From a virus: 64,000 bases of DNA. Location of the stretch: positions 1 to 64,000 of the IMG/VR virus record IMGVR_UViG_3300037461_001096; one strand, written 5' to 3'. Both the position numbers and the translations under genes were made by a program. Each line of letters begins with the position of its first letter. Positions within the stretch are counted from its first letter, which is position 1. The notes beneath the pieces were generated by a model. That model saw only the letters and a list, made by a program, of their open reading frames with translations. It was not told where the DNA came from and did no database searches. Below are positions 47,682 to 57,478 of this stretch, one piece after another.

Positions 47682-48176
47682 TCATTCCTCCATTATTTCT
47701 TCCACATCCTCTTCGTGAAACCCTGGCGCAAGGCCAAGACCAACGCGGGGAGACCCACACAGCTCTGGTTCCATATGTCCTGGCTTCGGCATATGTCCAT
47801 CCAAGCCGCACACGTCGCAACCTTGACCAAACTCATACATTACGTAATGTGAACCAGCAGGCTTCGGGCCTCCGCAATTCGGACACCAATGAATTCCCGC
47901 ACATTCAACATGAGGACACGCGAACCCGCATCTAGCGCAATGCATGTGGCGAGGAACTTCCACGCGTCCGCACATGGGGCAGTCAAACGACCCGTCAGGA
48001 TAAACTTTCAAGTCAGCAAATTTTTTACAAGAATGGCACCACTGCATGCGGAAACGTACACTCAAGACGAGTTGAAGAAGATAATTCTTGGCTGCGCCTT
48101 TTACAAACTTTTCTGTCGATCTCACAGAGTTCAAAACGTCGACGTCGACTTGCGGATCGCCTCTAACTGTTGATAT
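47682..48176 (-). CDS. Multi-zinc-ribbon protein (ATA start)
   Basis: TATAAT, AGGAGG-TTTCC-ATA in frame with ORF 47682..48134; six CxxC-type motifs. Confidence 0.65.
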   Translation of the reverse strand: MSTVRGDPQVDVDVLNSVRSTEKFVKGAAKNYLLQLVLSVRFRMQWCHSCKKFADLKVYPDGSFDCPMCGRVEVPRHMHCARCGFACPHVECAGIHWCPNCGGPKPAGSHYVMYEFGQGCDVCGLDGHMPKPGHMEPELCGSPRVGLGLAPGFHEEDVEEIMEE

Positions 48177-48206
48177 GGAAACCTCCTTTGTCAGGAGATT
48201 ATACCT

Positions 48207-49835
48207 TTAGCGAAGGTCATAAACAAACTTAATCTTGGGAGGCGTATGGACTTTCTTGTAACCAAGAGCCTCAGCACACTGGCGCTCCTGCATGTTTCTC
48301 GCTTTAGCAAATTCGTACAAGGTCTTTTTGTTTACTTCATACCCTTTAGTATCTTCGTAATAATAGCTGCGAGCAGTCTCCCCGACGCGCTGCCAGTTTG
48401 AGGCCACATAAATAGTACCAACATGGCCGAAGCGCGGATCTGCAAAGGACACAAGCTTCACAATTTGAGGTTTATTTGCAGCAATCCATTTTATAGCTTT
48501 TGACATAAAGAATGAAGCAAAATTCTTGGCATGATACATCGGATGAATACAAAAACGATCAAGTTCAAGCACTTGTCCATTTTCCAGTCCCACAGCTTTG
48601 GCGATCCCCTGTCTGACCGGCGGGGCAAACTTAGCCACGCCAATAAGATTTTCTTCAACCCAGGCACCATATACAAGACTGGATGAACGACCAAACCCGG
48701 CATAATGATGCTGAGTCAAAAACTCTTGACATTCTTTGAGAGAAGCTGCCGATGTTAAAACACTTGATAGTTTAAATTGCGTCTGTGGAACATTCAAATT
48801 AGTAATTTTATTTCGAGTTGTTCTAGCAGGAGTCCCATTGAGAGCAGATTGTCTGCTGCGCTGATGTATGCACAACCCATGTCCTCTATGCTTACTATGG
48901 TTACAGTTCCAGCACAATAATTGATAATCAGATTTATCTAAGTCTCCACGCAAAATGGCGGTCATCAGACTCATTCCGGTGCGTTGACCGTCCGCTCTAA
49001 GGGTAGACCCGTTGTTCTGCATGTGGTCAACCACAAGTTTATGCCACTCATTTATACCACAACACCGACATGTCCCACCGAGCGCGTGTATGGCAGCCAT
49101 ACGTTGTTGTGTCCGGTGACGATTCTCACACGAAAGGCATCTTAAAACATGCCCCCGTGGGAGAAACATGGATTTATCAAGATGCTGACAGCAATCCGGA
49201 CAAAATCTGGTCTCCCCGGTCAATGGTTTCTGCACAAAATTGTTGACTGGGTATAAACGGTATCTACCAACATTGCAGTTATGACACAGCACCTGATATC
49301 TGGACTTATCAAACGTGCCGTCCAAGATTTTACGTTTCCATCCAAGAGACCCCATATGGCGCTCTTTATTACCATCATCATTAATATGATCTATCGTTAA
49401 AAACTCCTTCTCCGATTCCCCACATATTTGACAAACCCCGCCGAGTGCAAGAAGGGCTGCTTCAATGATAGACTTGCGATACTGTTTGCTCTTTGACACT
49501 AGAGCGTGTTTATTTTGCTCTCGCCATTTTGCAACACGTTCTGAGATTTTTGATTTATTGGTATGCCAATACTCAGTCTTTTTAGTAAGCAGGTGTTCAG
49601 CATTATCACGATAATACTGCTTTTTCTGTTCTAAAATCGTTTCCCGGTTTAATGCATACTTCTCCCTTCGCTGTTCAGAAATTTGAGAAGAATGTTCCAC
49701 CCGGTATCTTCTAGCCATAGAAGAACGGCATAACTTGCACTTAGCATCATAACCATTTGCTTTTATACTATTACGATAAAAATCATTTTCTAATGTTTTT
49801 TCTTGACCACACCCAACGCATATTTGTATAGTCAT
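48207..49835 (-). CDS. Tandem HNH nuclease + Mom-like GNAT fusion
   Basis: Two LGGxCxxCG..DH..DG..LCxNCN units; HHYAG, LELDRFC, NFAS, SFADPRFGHVGTIYVASNW. Confidence 0.85.
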   Translation of the reverse strand: MTIQICVGCGQEKTLENDFYRNSIKANGYDAKCKLCRSSMARRYRVEHSSQISEQRREKYALNRETILEQKKQYYRDNAEHLLTKKTEYWHTNKSKISERVAKWREQNKHALVSKSKQYRKSIIEAALLALGGVCQICGESEKEFLTIDHINDDGNKERHMGSLGWKRKILDGTFDKSRYQVLCHNCNVGRYRLYPVNNFVQKPLTGETRFCPDCCQHLDKSMFLPRGHVLRCLSCENRHRTQQRMAAIHALGGTCRCCGINEWHKLVVDHMQNNGSTLRADGQRTGMSLMTAILRGDLDKSDYQLLCWNCNHSKHRGHGLCIHQRSRQSALNGTPARTTRNKITNLNVPQTQFKLSSVLTSAASLKECQEFLTQHHYAGFGRSSSLVYGAWVEENLIGVAKFAPPVRQGIAKAVGLENGQVLELDRFCIHPMYHAKNFASFFMSKAIKWIAANKPQIVKLVSFADPRFGHVGTIYVASNWQRVGETARSYYYEDTKGYEVNKKTLYEFAKARNMQERQCAEALGYKKVHTPPKIKFVYDLR

Positions 49836-49857
49836 ACAACCCCTGGATTCTGAAAGA

Positions 49858-50067
49858 GTTTAGTTGCAAGCTGAACTGGATTTCATTGGATTGCAGAAAT
49901 ATACAATCTGGTAATCCAATAAGATTACAAAATGTACAATAAAAAGTCTGGTAGATGACCTTCATGGGATGGATAACTGAAAAATTTCGAGGCAATAAAC
50001 AAGTGAGAAACCATAAAACAAAGGTTTCTGGATTACTGAGAAATTCAGATGTGTCAATAAATGTCTG
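49858..50067 (+). ncRNA. Candidate structured RNA (four hairpins)
   Basis: Stems at 49858-49876, 49885-49920, 50006-50029, 50046-50067; mismatches read as G-U on the + strand. Confidence 0.3.
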
Positions 50068-50094
50068 CAGAAGAGATTATAGTATTTTATTTAC

Positions 50095-51000
50095 TTAGAT
50101 GCCAAGAAACCTGCGCGGAGTAAGTGCACCACGGCCTACACTCGGACCAAATGAAGAACGAATTCCTAGGCCATATCTTGACTGCTTCAAACCGCGGATT
50201 ATTTTTACCGTCTCTTTTGCGGCGGTAATCATATCATTAAATCTAGTTTGAGCATCGTTTGCCATGCTCTGATATTTAGAAGATTTTTCCAGACTCAATG
50301 AAACACCGCCTATTGAATACTCGAATTCGTCTGCAATCCAATTTGTTGATATAGCAGTAAGTGCATGCACCATTGCCCCGACAAATAAAACAGCTCGCCA
50401 GTTTCTATGATGGGTGATGAGCTGGTCCAGGGTGTTATAGAATGTCTGTGGCGCATAAGAATTAATTACATCCAATGATACGTTTAAGAACTCTTTTAGT
50501 TCTTCGTCTAGCCACAGATGCCCAAACACCCTAGTGAGTTGGTTGATTGATTCTTCGCTGGCGGGTGGTACAAAATGATAATGTCTATCCGGATTTGCGT
50601 CACGAAGCATAATCCTAAGACCACGGATTAAGTCAATTTCTATTTGTGTTATTCCTGGAACGGTAATGATTTGTTGCGAATTCCCAACGATGTTGAATTC
50701 TTGTAAAACTTCAGCTTGTTTAGAGTTTAAAAACTCGCGGAAGTGCCATCGTATTCGATATCTCCCAATATTGGCATCGGGTGGTATTTTAAAAGCTGCA
50801 TAATACTCCCCAACGGATGGATTTTCAGGTCGGCGCTCAGAAGGAGGCAACAGTATTTCTACCCCCGTTGTAAAATCATAAATATCATAGAAAATTTCTG
50901 CGGCATTCTTCGGTGTACCATCTCTTTTCTTCAGAAAAATGTTCAGCCCATCAGCACGGGTTAGCTCTTGGCATCGCTTGAAGACAACACTCATGCTCAA
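50095..51000 (-). CDS. Putative head-tail adaptor / neck protein
   Basis: N-terminal Ig-like GEYYA..GRYRIRW; C-terminal YSIGGVSLSL..YQS pattern seen in adaptor proteins. Confidence 0.55.
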   Translation of the reverse strand: MSMSVVFKRCQELTRADGLNIFLKKRDGTPKNAAEIFYDIYDFTTGVEILLPPSERRPENPSVGEYYAAFKIPPDANIGRYRIRWHFREFLNSKQAEVLQEFNIVGNSQQIITVPGITQIEIDLIRGLRIMLRDANPDRHYHFVPPASEESINQLTRVFGHLWLDEELKEFLNVSLDVINSYAPQTFYNTLDQLITHHRNWRAVLFVGAMVHALTAISTNWIADEFEYSIGGVSLSLEKSSKYQSMANDAQTRFNDMITAAKETVKIIRGLKQSRYGLGIRSSFGPSVGRGALTPRRFLGI

Positions 51001-51038
51001 ACACTACAGAATAAATCTATAATATGATATGGAATTAA

Positions 51039-52742
51039 ATGATATACACCAAAAAATGTGTCAAATGTGGTGAGATAAAGGATGAGAATGACTTTACTAA
51101 GAGATCAGAATTTTCGTTCCGAAATGAATGTAAATCGTGTATATGCAAATTAAGAAAGAAACACTATGAAATAAGAAAGTCCCTAGAAAAATGCGAAGTC
51201 ACACATAAGACGTGTATTCATTGTAAAGAGACTAAAAATAGGGACGAATTCAGAAAACATCCATCAAATAAGGACGGTATGGACGCTGTATGTAAAGAAT
51301 GTATGTCAGAATACTATAAATCAGACGTTATGAAGGCGTATTTACTACGCAAAAAGTTAAGCGGACGACAAAAAGAAATCGTAAACAGATATCGTATATC
51401 CCATGCCGAACAAATAAAAGAACGAAAGAGAGATACGAGAACATCGTTTGCTCATTCAATACAAATTGCAGAGTCCAGGATGAGGTCCGAACTTAGGACT
51501 AAAGTTCACCAGATAATTGGCGGAAAGTGTGTGATATGTGGTGAGGAAAGAACAGAAAGACTGTGTATAGATCATATAAACGACGATGGGTCAAAAGAAA
51601 GGCTTAGTCAGGCAGGAAGTTTCAGAACAATAGCTTTGAAAATTGTGAATGGCGAAAAATGGGATGAAAAATATCAATTATTATGTTTCAATTGTAATAA
51701 ACAGAAACAATTAAATAGACTTAGGTCGATCGACAAAAACAACAAGCCAGAAATAAAAGAAACAAAAACTTGTACTCAATGTAGCCGAGTTTTGCCGATC
51801 GGTATGTTTGCTGAGTCAAAAGGCAAACTAAGAGGTAAATCTTATTGTAAAGATTGTGGATGCGTTTATAACCAAAAACGAAAGAAATTCTGTATAGATA
51901 AACTGGGAGGAAAGTGCACAATCTGTGGTGAAACTAGAATTGATATATTAGAATTAGATCATATTAATAATGATGGGGCCGAAAAACGAAAACTTGGACA
52001 AGACAGCCAGATCATTTTAAAGATTTATTCTGGAAAACGGGATGTTGGTGGTCTTCAAATTTTATGTGCAAATTGTAATGCGGCAAGGTATTATTGGTCG
52101 ATAAAAGAAAAAGTTGGTGTAGTCCCCACAAAACGACAGCCAAAACCAAAAGAAGTCATAGACTTTTCGATCAAAAATCTTGTAATTAGTCAAATACCAC
52201 AAAAAACAGCAAGAGACTTTCTGAATGAGCACCATTATGCTGGGTGTGGGAGAAGTGGAAAGGTTTATTATGGCGCGTTTCTTGATAGTCAAACCGTGGC
52301 AGTGGCTAAATTTGCGCCAGTTGTACGAAAAGAGGTAGCTACTTCCATGGGTCTTAGTCATCAGTCAGTAATCGAACTAGACAGGTTCTGTATAAACCCT
52401 GTCTTTCAAAAGAAAAACGCAGCGTCTTTTATTCTGTCAAAAGTAGTCAAAATGCTTCCAAAGATTTTTTCGGAAGTTACACACATAGTTTCATTCGCCG
52501 ATACAGCACAGGGACACAGAGGCACGATTTATGCGGCTTGTGGATGGAAAAAGATCGGAGTGACGTCAAAGAGTTATCATTATATTGGAAAATCAGGGAA
52601 TGTGATTAATAAGAAAACACTTTATGGACGGGCAATTCGTCAGGGTATGACAGAACGAGAATATGCAGCATTTTATGAATATGAGAAAATAGAGACACCT
52701 GAAAAAATTAAATTTGCGTTACAGGTAAACAATTTACAATAA
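51039..52742 (+). CDS. Tandem HNH nuclease + Mom-like GNAT fusion
   Basis: CxxC zinc fingers; two GGKCxICGE..DHINxDG..LCxNCN units; HHYAG, IELDRFC, SFADTAQGHRGTIYAACGW. Confidence 0.85.
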   Translation: MIYTKKCVKCGEIKDENDFTKRSEFSFRNECKSCICKLRKKHYEIRKSLEKCEVTHKTCIHCKETKNRDEFRKHPSNKDGMDAVCKECMSEYYKSDVMKAYLLRKKLSGRQKEIVNRYRISHAEQIKERKRDTRTSFAHSIQIAESRMRSELRTKVHQIIGGKCVICGEERTERLCIDHINDDGSKERLSQAGSFRTIALKIVNGEKWDEKYQLLCFNCNKQKQLNRLRSIDKNNKPEIKETKTCTQCSRVLPIGMFAESKGKLRGKSYCKDCGCVYNQKRKKFCIDKLGGKCTICGETRIDILELDHINNDGAEKRKLGQDSQIILKIYSGKRDVGGLQILCANCNAARYYWSIKEKVGVVPTKRQPKPKEVIDFSIKNLVISQIPQKTARDFLNEHHYAGCGRSGKVYYGAFLDSQTVAVAKFAPVVRKEVATSMGLSHQSVIELDRFCINPVFQKKNAASFILSKVVKMLPKIFSEVTHIVSFADTAQGHRGTIYAACGWKKIGVTSKSYHYIGKSGNVINKKTLYGRAIRQGMTEREYAAFYEYEKIETPEKIKFALQVNNLQ

Positions 52743-52752
52743 TTAAAATTTT

Positions 52753-53595
52753 TTATTTACGAGACTGTTTCCTCTGACGTTCAGCCTTAGCACGAAACTC
52801 GTAATTCTTTAGTTGTTCAACAATCTTTGGGACAACTTTCTCAAGCTTTTCGGGGCTTTTACCTTTCAAAGCAAACACGAGTTCTTCACTCAGTTTAAGC
52901 AGAGCGTTATCATCAAGCCACTCCATGCCAGGGACGGTAGCCTCATGCTCAAGAGCCGTGATCATTCTGTTGATATCCTTAACAACAAGGGAGACGGAAG
53001 GTCTTTTCGAACTGTCAATAACACCGGCAATAGTTCGAAGCTCAGCAGCAACGTCAGTTGGCTTCATTTGTTTGCTTACCTTTCCAATAATCGCAGCAAG
53101 TCTTGGGTTCGAAATTGCTACCCTATTCAACTCAGCGTCAAGGCAAGCCTTTGACGCTGCAATCGGGTTTTGTCTTTTTGTTTTCTCTTCATCTTTAGAT
53201 TTAATAGCGTCAGATACGTCATCGCGTTTGTGCAGAAGCTCGTCGAGCTCTGAAAGCTGTTCGACCTCTTCGTCTACTTGCGTAGGAACACATTCACTAT
53301 CCTTAGTTGTGTTAATGGCTTGGGTCAGCTCATCGAAGCGCTCATAAATATCTGCCCCAGCGAATTTTTCGGCGTAAGAAAGATACTGATTAAACAGGTC
53401 AATAGGTTCGGAACTCTTACGCTTTTTACTTTTCATATGCTTGAACATTTCAACACGGGCTAGTGCTTTCTCCGCTTCCGCTTTTGTGTTATAACATCCA
53501 CCAGACCAGTTTGGGTTTTTCTTTGATTTGACGCAGTATTTCCCATTCTTCTTTTGGATGTATGAACTTCGGTACATACCGTTATGTTGACACAA
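52753..53595 (-). CDS. Putative internal head protein
   Basis: IQKKNGKYCVKS..GCYNTKAEAEKALARVEMFKH domain; SKRP module shared with 46138..46461; start probably 53577. Confidence 0.7.
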   Translation of the reverse strand: MCQHNGMYRSSYIQKKNGKYCVKSKKNPNWSGGCYNTKAEAEKALARVEMFKHMKSKKRKSSEPIDLFNQYLSYAEKFAGADIYERFDELTQAINTTKDSECVPTQVDEEVEQLSELDELLHKRDDVSDAIKSKDEEKTKRQNPIAASKACLDAELNRVAISNPRLAAIIGKVSKQMKPTDVAAELRTIAGVIDSSKRPSVSLVVKDINRMITALEHEATVPGMEWLDDNALLKLSEELVFALKGKSPEKLEKVVPKIVEQLKNYEFRAKAERQRKQSRK

Positions 53596-53606
53596 TAAGC
53601 TGAATA

Positions 53607-53894
53607 TTAGAACTCCGGCGTCTCTTCAAGTGTAGGAGAATCAGATAACTCCTGGGCTTGAAGATCTAGGTCAGCAATCGGGCCAGATGCAAGTTGGCGA
53701 ATTAAGTCAGCCTGGTCAAGGACCACGTCCATATATTCTGGGGGGACATTTCCGTCACCTATGGCAGTCTCACCCCAAGCAATAACCGCATCTGCGAAAG
53801 CTTCAAGTGCAGGTTGAACAAGTTCATAGTCATAAATGTTTACAAGGCCGGGTCGGCCAGTTGCAATACGGGACGCAATTTTCTCGAACTTCAT
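53607..53894 (-). CDS. Putative virion protein
   Basis: Begins MKFEKIASRIA; acidic body. Confidence 0.7.
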   Translation of the reverse strand: MKFEKIASRIATGRPGLVNIYDYELVQPALEAFADAVIAWGETAIGDGNVPPEYMDVVLDQADLIRQLASGPIADLDLQAQELSDSPTLEETPEF

Positions 53895-54089
53895 GGAAAA
53901 ACCACCATTTCGTTAGGAACCTTCTTAACACTCCAAAAAGAAATTTAGTTTGTTGTAGTATTTCTTTGACCAAATTTTCGAATGTGAATCAGGAAAGGTC
54001 AAAGAAGAGTCGCAATAATGTGTTATTGCGCGTAGTTCAGCGTCTTCTAATTCAAAAGAGTAATATATTACCAGACGGTGGTCATACTA

Positions 54090-54767
54090 TCATAGACCAA
54101 CAGACACAACCCCAACGCGCGGGTTTTTCGGATCAACGACTTGAAATGAATCAGCGAAGCTGGTCAGTGGGCCTCCGGGAAATTCGGACCACTTCCATCG
54201 AACAAAGTATAACCCACCTTGAACACTAACCGTCCAGTCTACCCCATATAACCCAGTTGAAAGTCGAACAGCTGAGGTTTCTGGCCAAACGGTAAACCCC
54301 TTGGAGCATTCAATACTCCAAACTACATTGGAAACATCTTTTTGACACCCAATACTGTCAACAACTCTCAAAACAATTTCATTCCCCGAGATTCTTGCAC
54401 CAGGTTCAAAGACATAACCTCCAGGCGGAGGAAGCCCGTGAATATGACCAGATTTACACGTCGGATCATCCAGATCCATTATGAAAAAGCGTTCAGTCTT
54501 TTTCTCAATCGGGAAGTCAACATCACGTTGGTATTCCCAAGTGATTTCATAAGCGCCAGTTGGATCGTCAGCATACCATGGAGCGTAGTATTGACCGACC
54601 CCTTTACGTACGGCTTTCATGCGAAGGCCTGATATTTGTTTTCCATTAAATCCTGACGACACTGTCCAAACCACGTATTGGGCGTCCTGGGGCTGCCCAA
54701 GCTCATTCTCCAGAGACAGGGATAGTCCTCCCATTGACAATGTTGAACAGCGCAGATATGCAGTCAT
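54090..54767 (-). CDS. Putative structural protein with two Ig-like repeats
   Basis: Duplicated VVWxx..AVR..GxY..W..GxYxxxW units. Confidence 0.65.
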   Translation of the reverse strand: MTAYLRCSTLSMGGLSLSLENELGQPQDAQYVVWTVSSGFNGKQISGLRMKAVRKGVGQYYAPWYADDPTGAYEITWEYQRDVDFPIEKKTERFFIMDLDDPTCKSGHIHGLPPPGGYVFEPGARISGNEIVLRVVDSIGCQKDVSNVVWSIECSKGFTVWPETSAVRLSTGLYGVDWTVSVQGGLYFVRWKWSEFPGGPLTSFADSFQVVDPKNPRVGVVSVGL

Positions 54768-55132
54768 GGGACAGTTCTCGCCACAAGTCCGGACATTTGT
54801 GAATCTGCAGGTACAGAGTCGAATTCTAAAATCTGTTCAGTGCCAAGAGTTGGATGTTTGAAAACTAAGCGCCAAAATCCAACTCTGTCAACGAAAAATC
54901 GGACCAAATAATATCCTGAAGCACCAACAACTTCGTTGAAAAATATGGCACCAGCGCCTATAGTCTGATCACTGATTCCAACTCCATCAGATATGGGCCA
55001 AGGCAGCATATAACTGTCAACAAATGTCGACAGTTGTAAATCTGACCAAATAACCCCTGTCTTTCTGGAGCTTGAATAAAAGAAATCGAGTTGAGCGAAA
55101 GCGAGCCGTCCGGCTATGACTATTCTTGCCAT
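54764..55132 (-). CDS. Putative structural protein
   Basis: GYYLVRF..GFWRL Ig-like pattern; ATGA overlap. Confidence 0.6.
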   Translation of the reverse strand: MARIVIAGRLAFAQLDFFYSSSRKTGVIWSDLQLSTFVDSYMLPWPISDGVGISDQTIGAGAIFFNEVVGASGYYLVRFFVDRVGFWRLVFKHPTLGTEQILEFDSVPADSQMSGLVARTVP

Positions 55133-55154
55133 ATCGGAAAGCTACATCGGAAGG

Positions 55155-55412
55155 CTACAAATTCTTCTCTCTCCCATCAAGACATAAATTCTTCATGGCT
55201 ATAATTTGCTGTGAATACTGATGAGCAGGGACTTTTGCTTGCCCAGAGAAAAATGCTTCTCTAAGCTCCTGTACAGATCCAACTGAACTGGTGAACACAA
55301 AATAAACCCTAGTGCCCAATTTTCTTTTCCGGACCATTTTGCATCCAGAAACTATGAAATAAGCAGCTAAGTAAATGTTATGCGTTTCGAATTCTTTATC
55401 TTCGGTATCCAT
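55155..55412 (-). CDS. DUF5659-like small phage protein
   Basis: FETHNIYLAAYF..RVYFVF..FFSGQAKV. Confidence 0.6.
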   Translation of the reverse strand: MDTEDKEFETHNIYLAAYFIVSGCKMVRKRKLGTRVYFVFTSSVGSVQELREAFFSGQAKVPAHQYSQQIIAMKNLCLDGREKNL

Positions 55413-55484
55413 GTAATATCCAGATAAACACTACCAGGGTTTCAATTGTATTAACAATACCAGAAGGTTATAATTAATTAAATT

Positions 55485-57260
55485 ATGTTAACAATATCAG
55501 AAAATGAAATTCCGAGGTCACAATGGTCTACATCTCTAGTTAAATTTGATTGTTCATGCGGTCGAAAAGGGGTACTGAAACCATGGGCAAAGGTTATCAG
55601 TGGACACATAAAATCCTGTGGACAGTGCAATATACTGTTGAAACATCATTGGGAAATAACCAAATATGGCCGTTTAAGAATGACGCAGCCGTTCGATTGC
55701 AAGAGGGGGTCAAATACTCCAGTCGAATGGACATGTGACTGTGGCCGTGTCACCCTACTGCCAGTCAATAGAGTGACCAGTGGTAATACTGCATCATGCG
55801 GGAAATGCAACGAAATAGACACAGGGACTATGAGTCATTTTAAGTTTGGAAAACTTAAAATGAAATTTCCGGCTCCAGTGTCGCGCGCTTCAGGTAAACG
55901 TGTGTTGTGGGTGTGCGACTGTGGTAACGAAGTATTGGTGTCAATAATTGATGTTTTACGTGGTCACACCGCATCATGCGGGAAATGTGGTATACTGCCC
56001 CAAGAATTTTGGGAAAAAACCAAATTCGGCCGACTTCGTCTTTTACATCCGCAAAGTATGACAATTAGATCAAACCGAAAGATGGAATGGCATTGCGACT
56101 GTGGTGAAGTTTTAACGGCCGTGGTTGAAAATGTAACCACGGGGCGCACCACATGCTGTGGGAAATGCAGAAACAATGTCGACGAATGGTTTATTCAAAA
56201 TCGATCTAAAATTCGAATGATGAAACCACCAATTCAACCAAGTGACTTACCATCAGGATCTTTTACCATTCTTGATACTGTAACACGGACTGCTGACCCA
56301 ATCCGTGCCATATGCGGCGTATGTGGCGCAGAGTATTTTCCACGTTGGGACCATGTGAGATCTGGGGTGGCGTTAACCTGTGGTTGTAGCACAAATCGTG
56401 TTTCAAAAGGACAACAGGAATTGGCAGATTTTATACACAGTCTTGGCGTCAATGTGCTTGTTGAACATAAAATCGGAAAACTAGCATATGATATATTTGT
56501 ACCAGAAGCAAACATAGCAGTTGAATTTCAGGGAATAAAATGGCATTCTGTTCCGGGATCAAAACAACGTGATATGGCAAAGTATAGAAACGCCGAAAAT
56601 CACGGAGTGAGCGTAATCGCTATATTTGAAGATGAATGGCAGCTACGTCGAAAACAAATTAGTCAATTGGTTAGTAATAGACTTAGGAAGAATTTCCCAA
56701 CGCACACGCTTCGAGCGTCATCTGTGCTAATAAGACATGTGCCAAGTACTGATGCAAATAAATTTTATGAAGCATTCCACTATATTGGAAAATGTCGTGC
56801 AACAGTCAGTTACGGGGCTTTCGTCAATGATATAATGGTAGCTTGTTGTTCATTTTCTAGACCAACCAGGCAGTCATCCCATCCGTGGGAATTAGTCCGA
56901 ATGTCATCAAACTCTGATTATAGGGTACATGGTATATGGTCTAAGATCTTGCATCATTTTATTAATGATTTCCATCCGACGTCAATTGTATCATTTTCAG
57001 ATAATCGAGTATTTGTTGGCCGTGTTTATGACAAACTCGGGTTCAAACATGACGGAAACGTTCCACAAAGTTATTACTGGGCAAAGGGTGGCAAAAGATT
57101 CAACAAATCTGGCTTACGTAAACATGGCCTGGAACGTAATAGTCAAGTAACAGAAACACAATTACGTGAGTTTCAAGGATTCAACAAAATATGGGACCTT
57201 GGTAAAAAGCGTTGGGTGTGGCGAAGTCAACTACAGGAGATAACAACTAAAACAACGTAA
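55485..57260 (+). CDS. Zn-ribbon repeat + PD-(D/E)xK nuclease + GNAT-like (Hef-type) fusion
   Basis: Paralog of 34398..36320: WxCDCG..SCGKC repeats, YDIFVP..VEFQGIKWH, FHYIG, SFSDNRVF, WDLGKKRWVW. Confidence 0.8.
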   Translation: MLTISENEIPRSQWSTSLVKFDCSCGRKGVLKPWAKVISGHIKSCGQCNILLKHHWEITKYGRLRMTQPFDCKRGSNTPVEWTCDCGRVTLLPVNRVTSGNTASCGKCNEIDTGTMSHFKFGKLKMKFPAPVSRASGKRVLWVCDCGNEVLVSIIDVLRGHTASCGKCGILPQEFWEKTKFGRLRLLHPQSMTIRSNRKMEWHCDCGEVLTAVVENVTTGRTTCCGKCRNNVDEWFIQNRSKIRMMKPPIQPSDLPSGSFTILDTVTRTADPIRAICGVCGAEYFPRWDHVRSGVALTCGCSTNRVSKGQQELADFIHSLGVNVLVEHKIGKLAYDIFVPEANIAVEFQGIKWHSVPGSKQRDMAKYRNAENHGVSVIAIFEDEWQLRRKQISQLVSNRLRKNFPTHTLRASSVLIRHVPSTDANKFYEAFHYIGKCRATVSYGAFVNDIMVACCSFSRPTRQSSHPWELVRMSSNSDYRVHGIWSKILHHFINDFHPTSIVSFSDNRVFVGRVYDKLGFKHDGNVPQSYYWAKGGKRFNKSGLRKHGLERNSQVTETQLREFQGFNKIWDLGKKRWVWRSQLQEITTKTT

Positions 57261-57478
57261 CCTGCCTTTGTTATCCTAAAAATTACTTCAACGCTTTCCC
57301 CGGATCTCGGAAATTTATATTCACGGAATGATATAAATTTCATTAACGAGAAATCATACCTCTTCGATTCAACCTCAAGGTACCCCGAGTTAGTCAAAGT
57401 GCTAAAATAGGTAATTTTGCCAACTTTAGTTATATAATGCATTCTATATACACAAATCAATAAAAATGAACACAGTGT

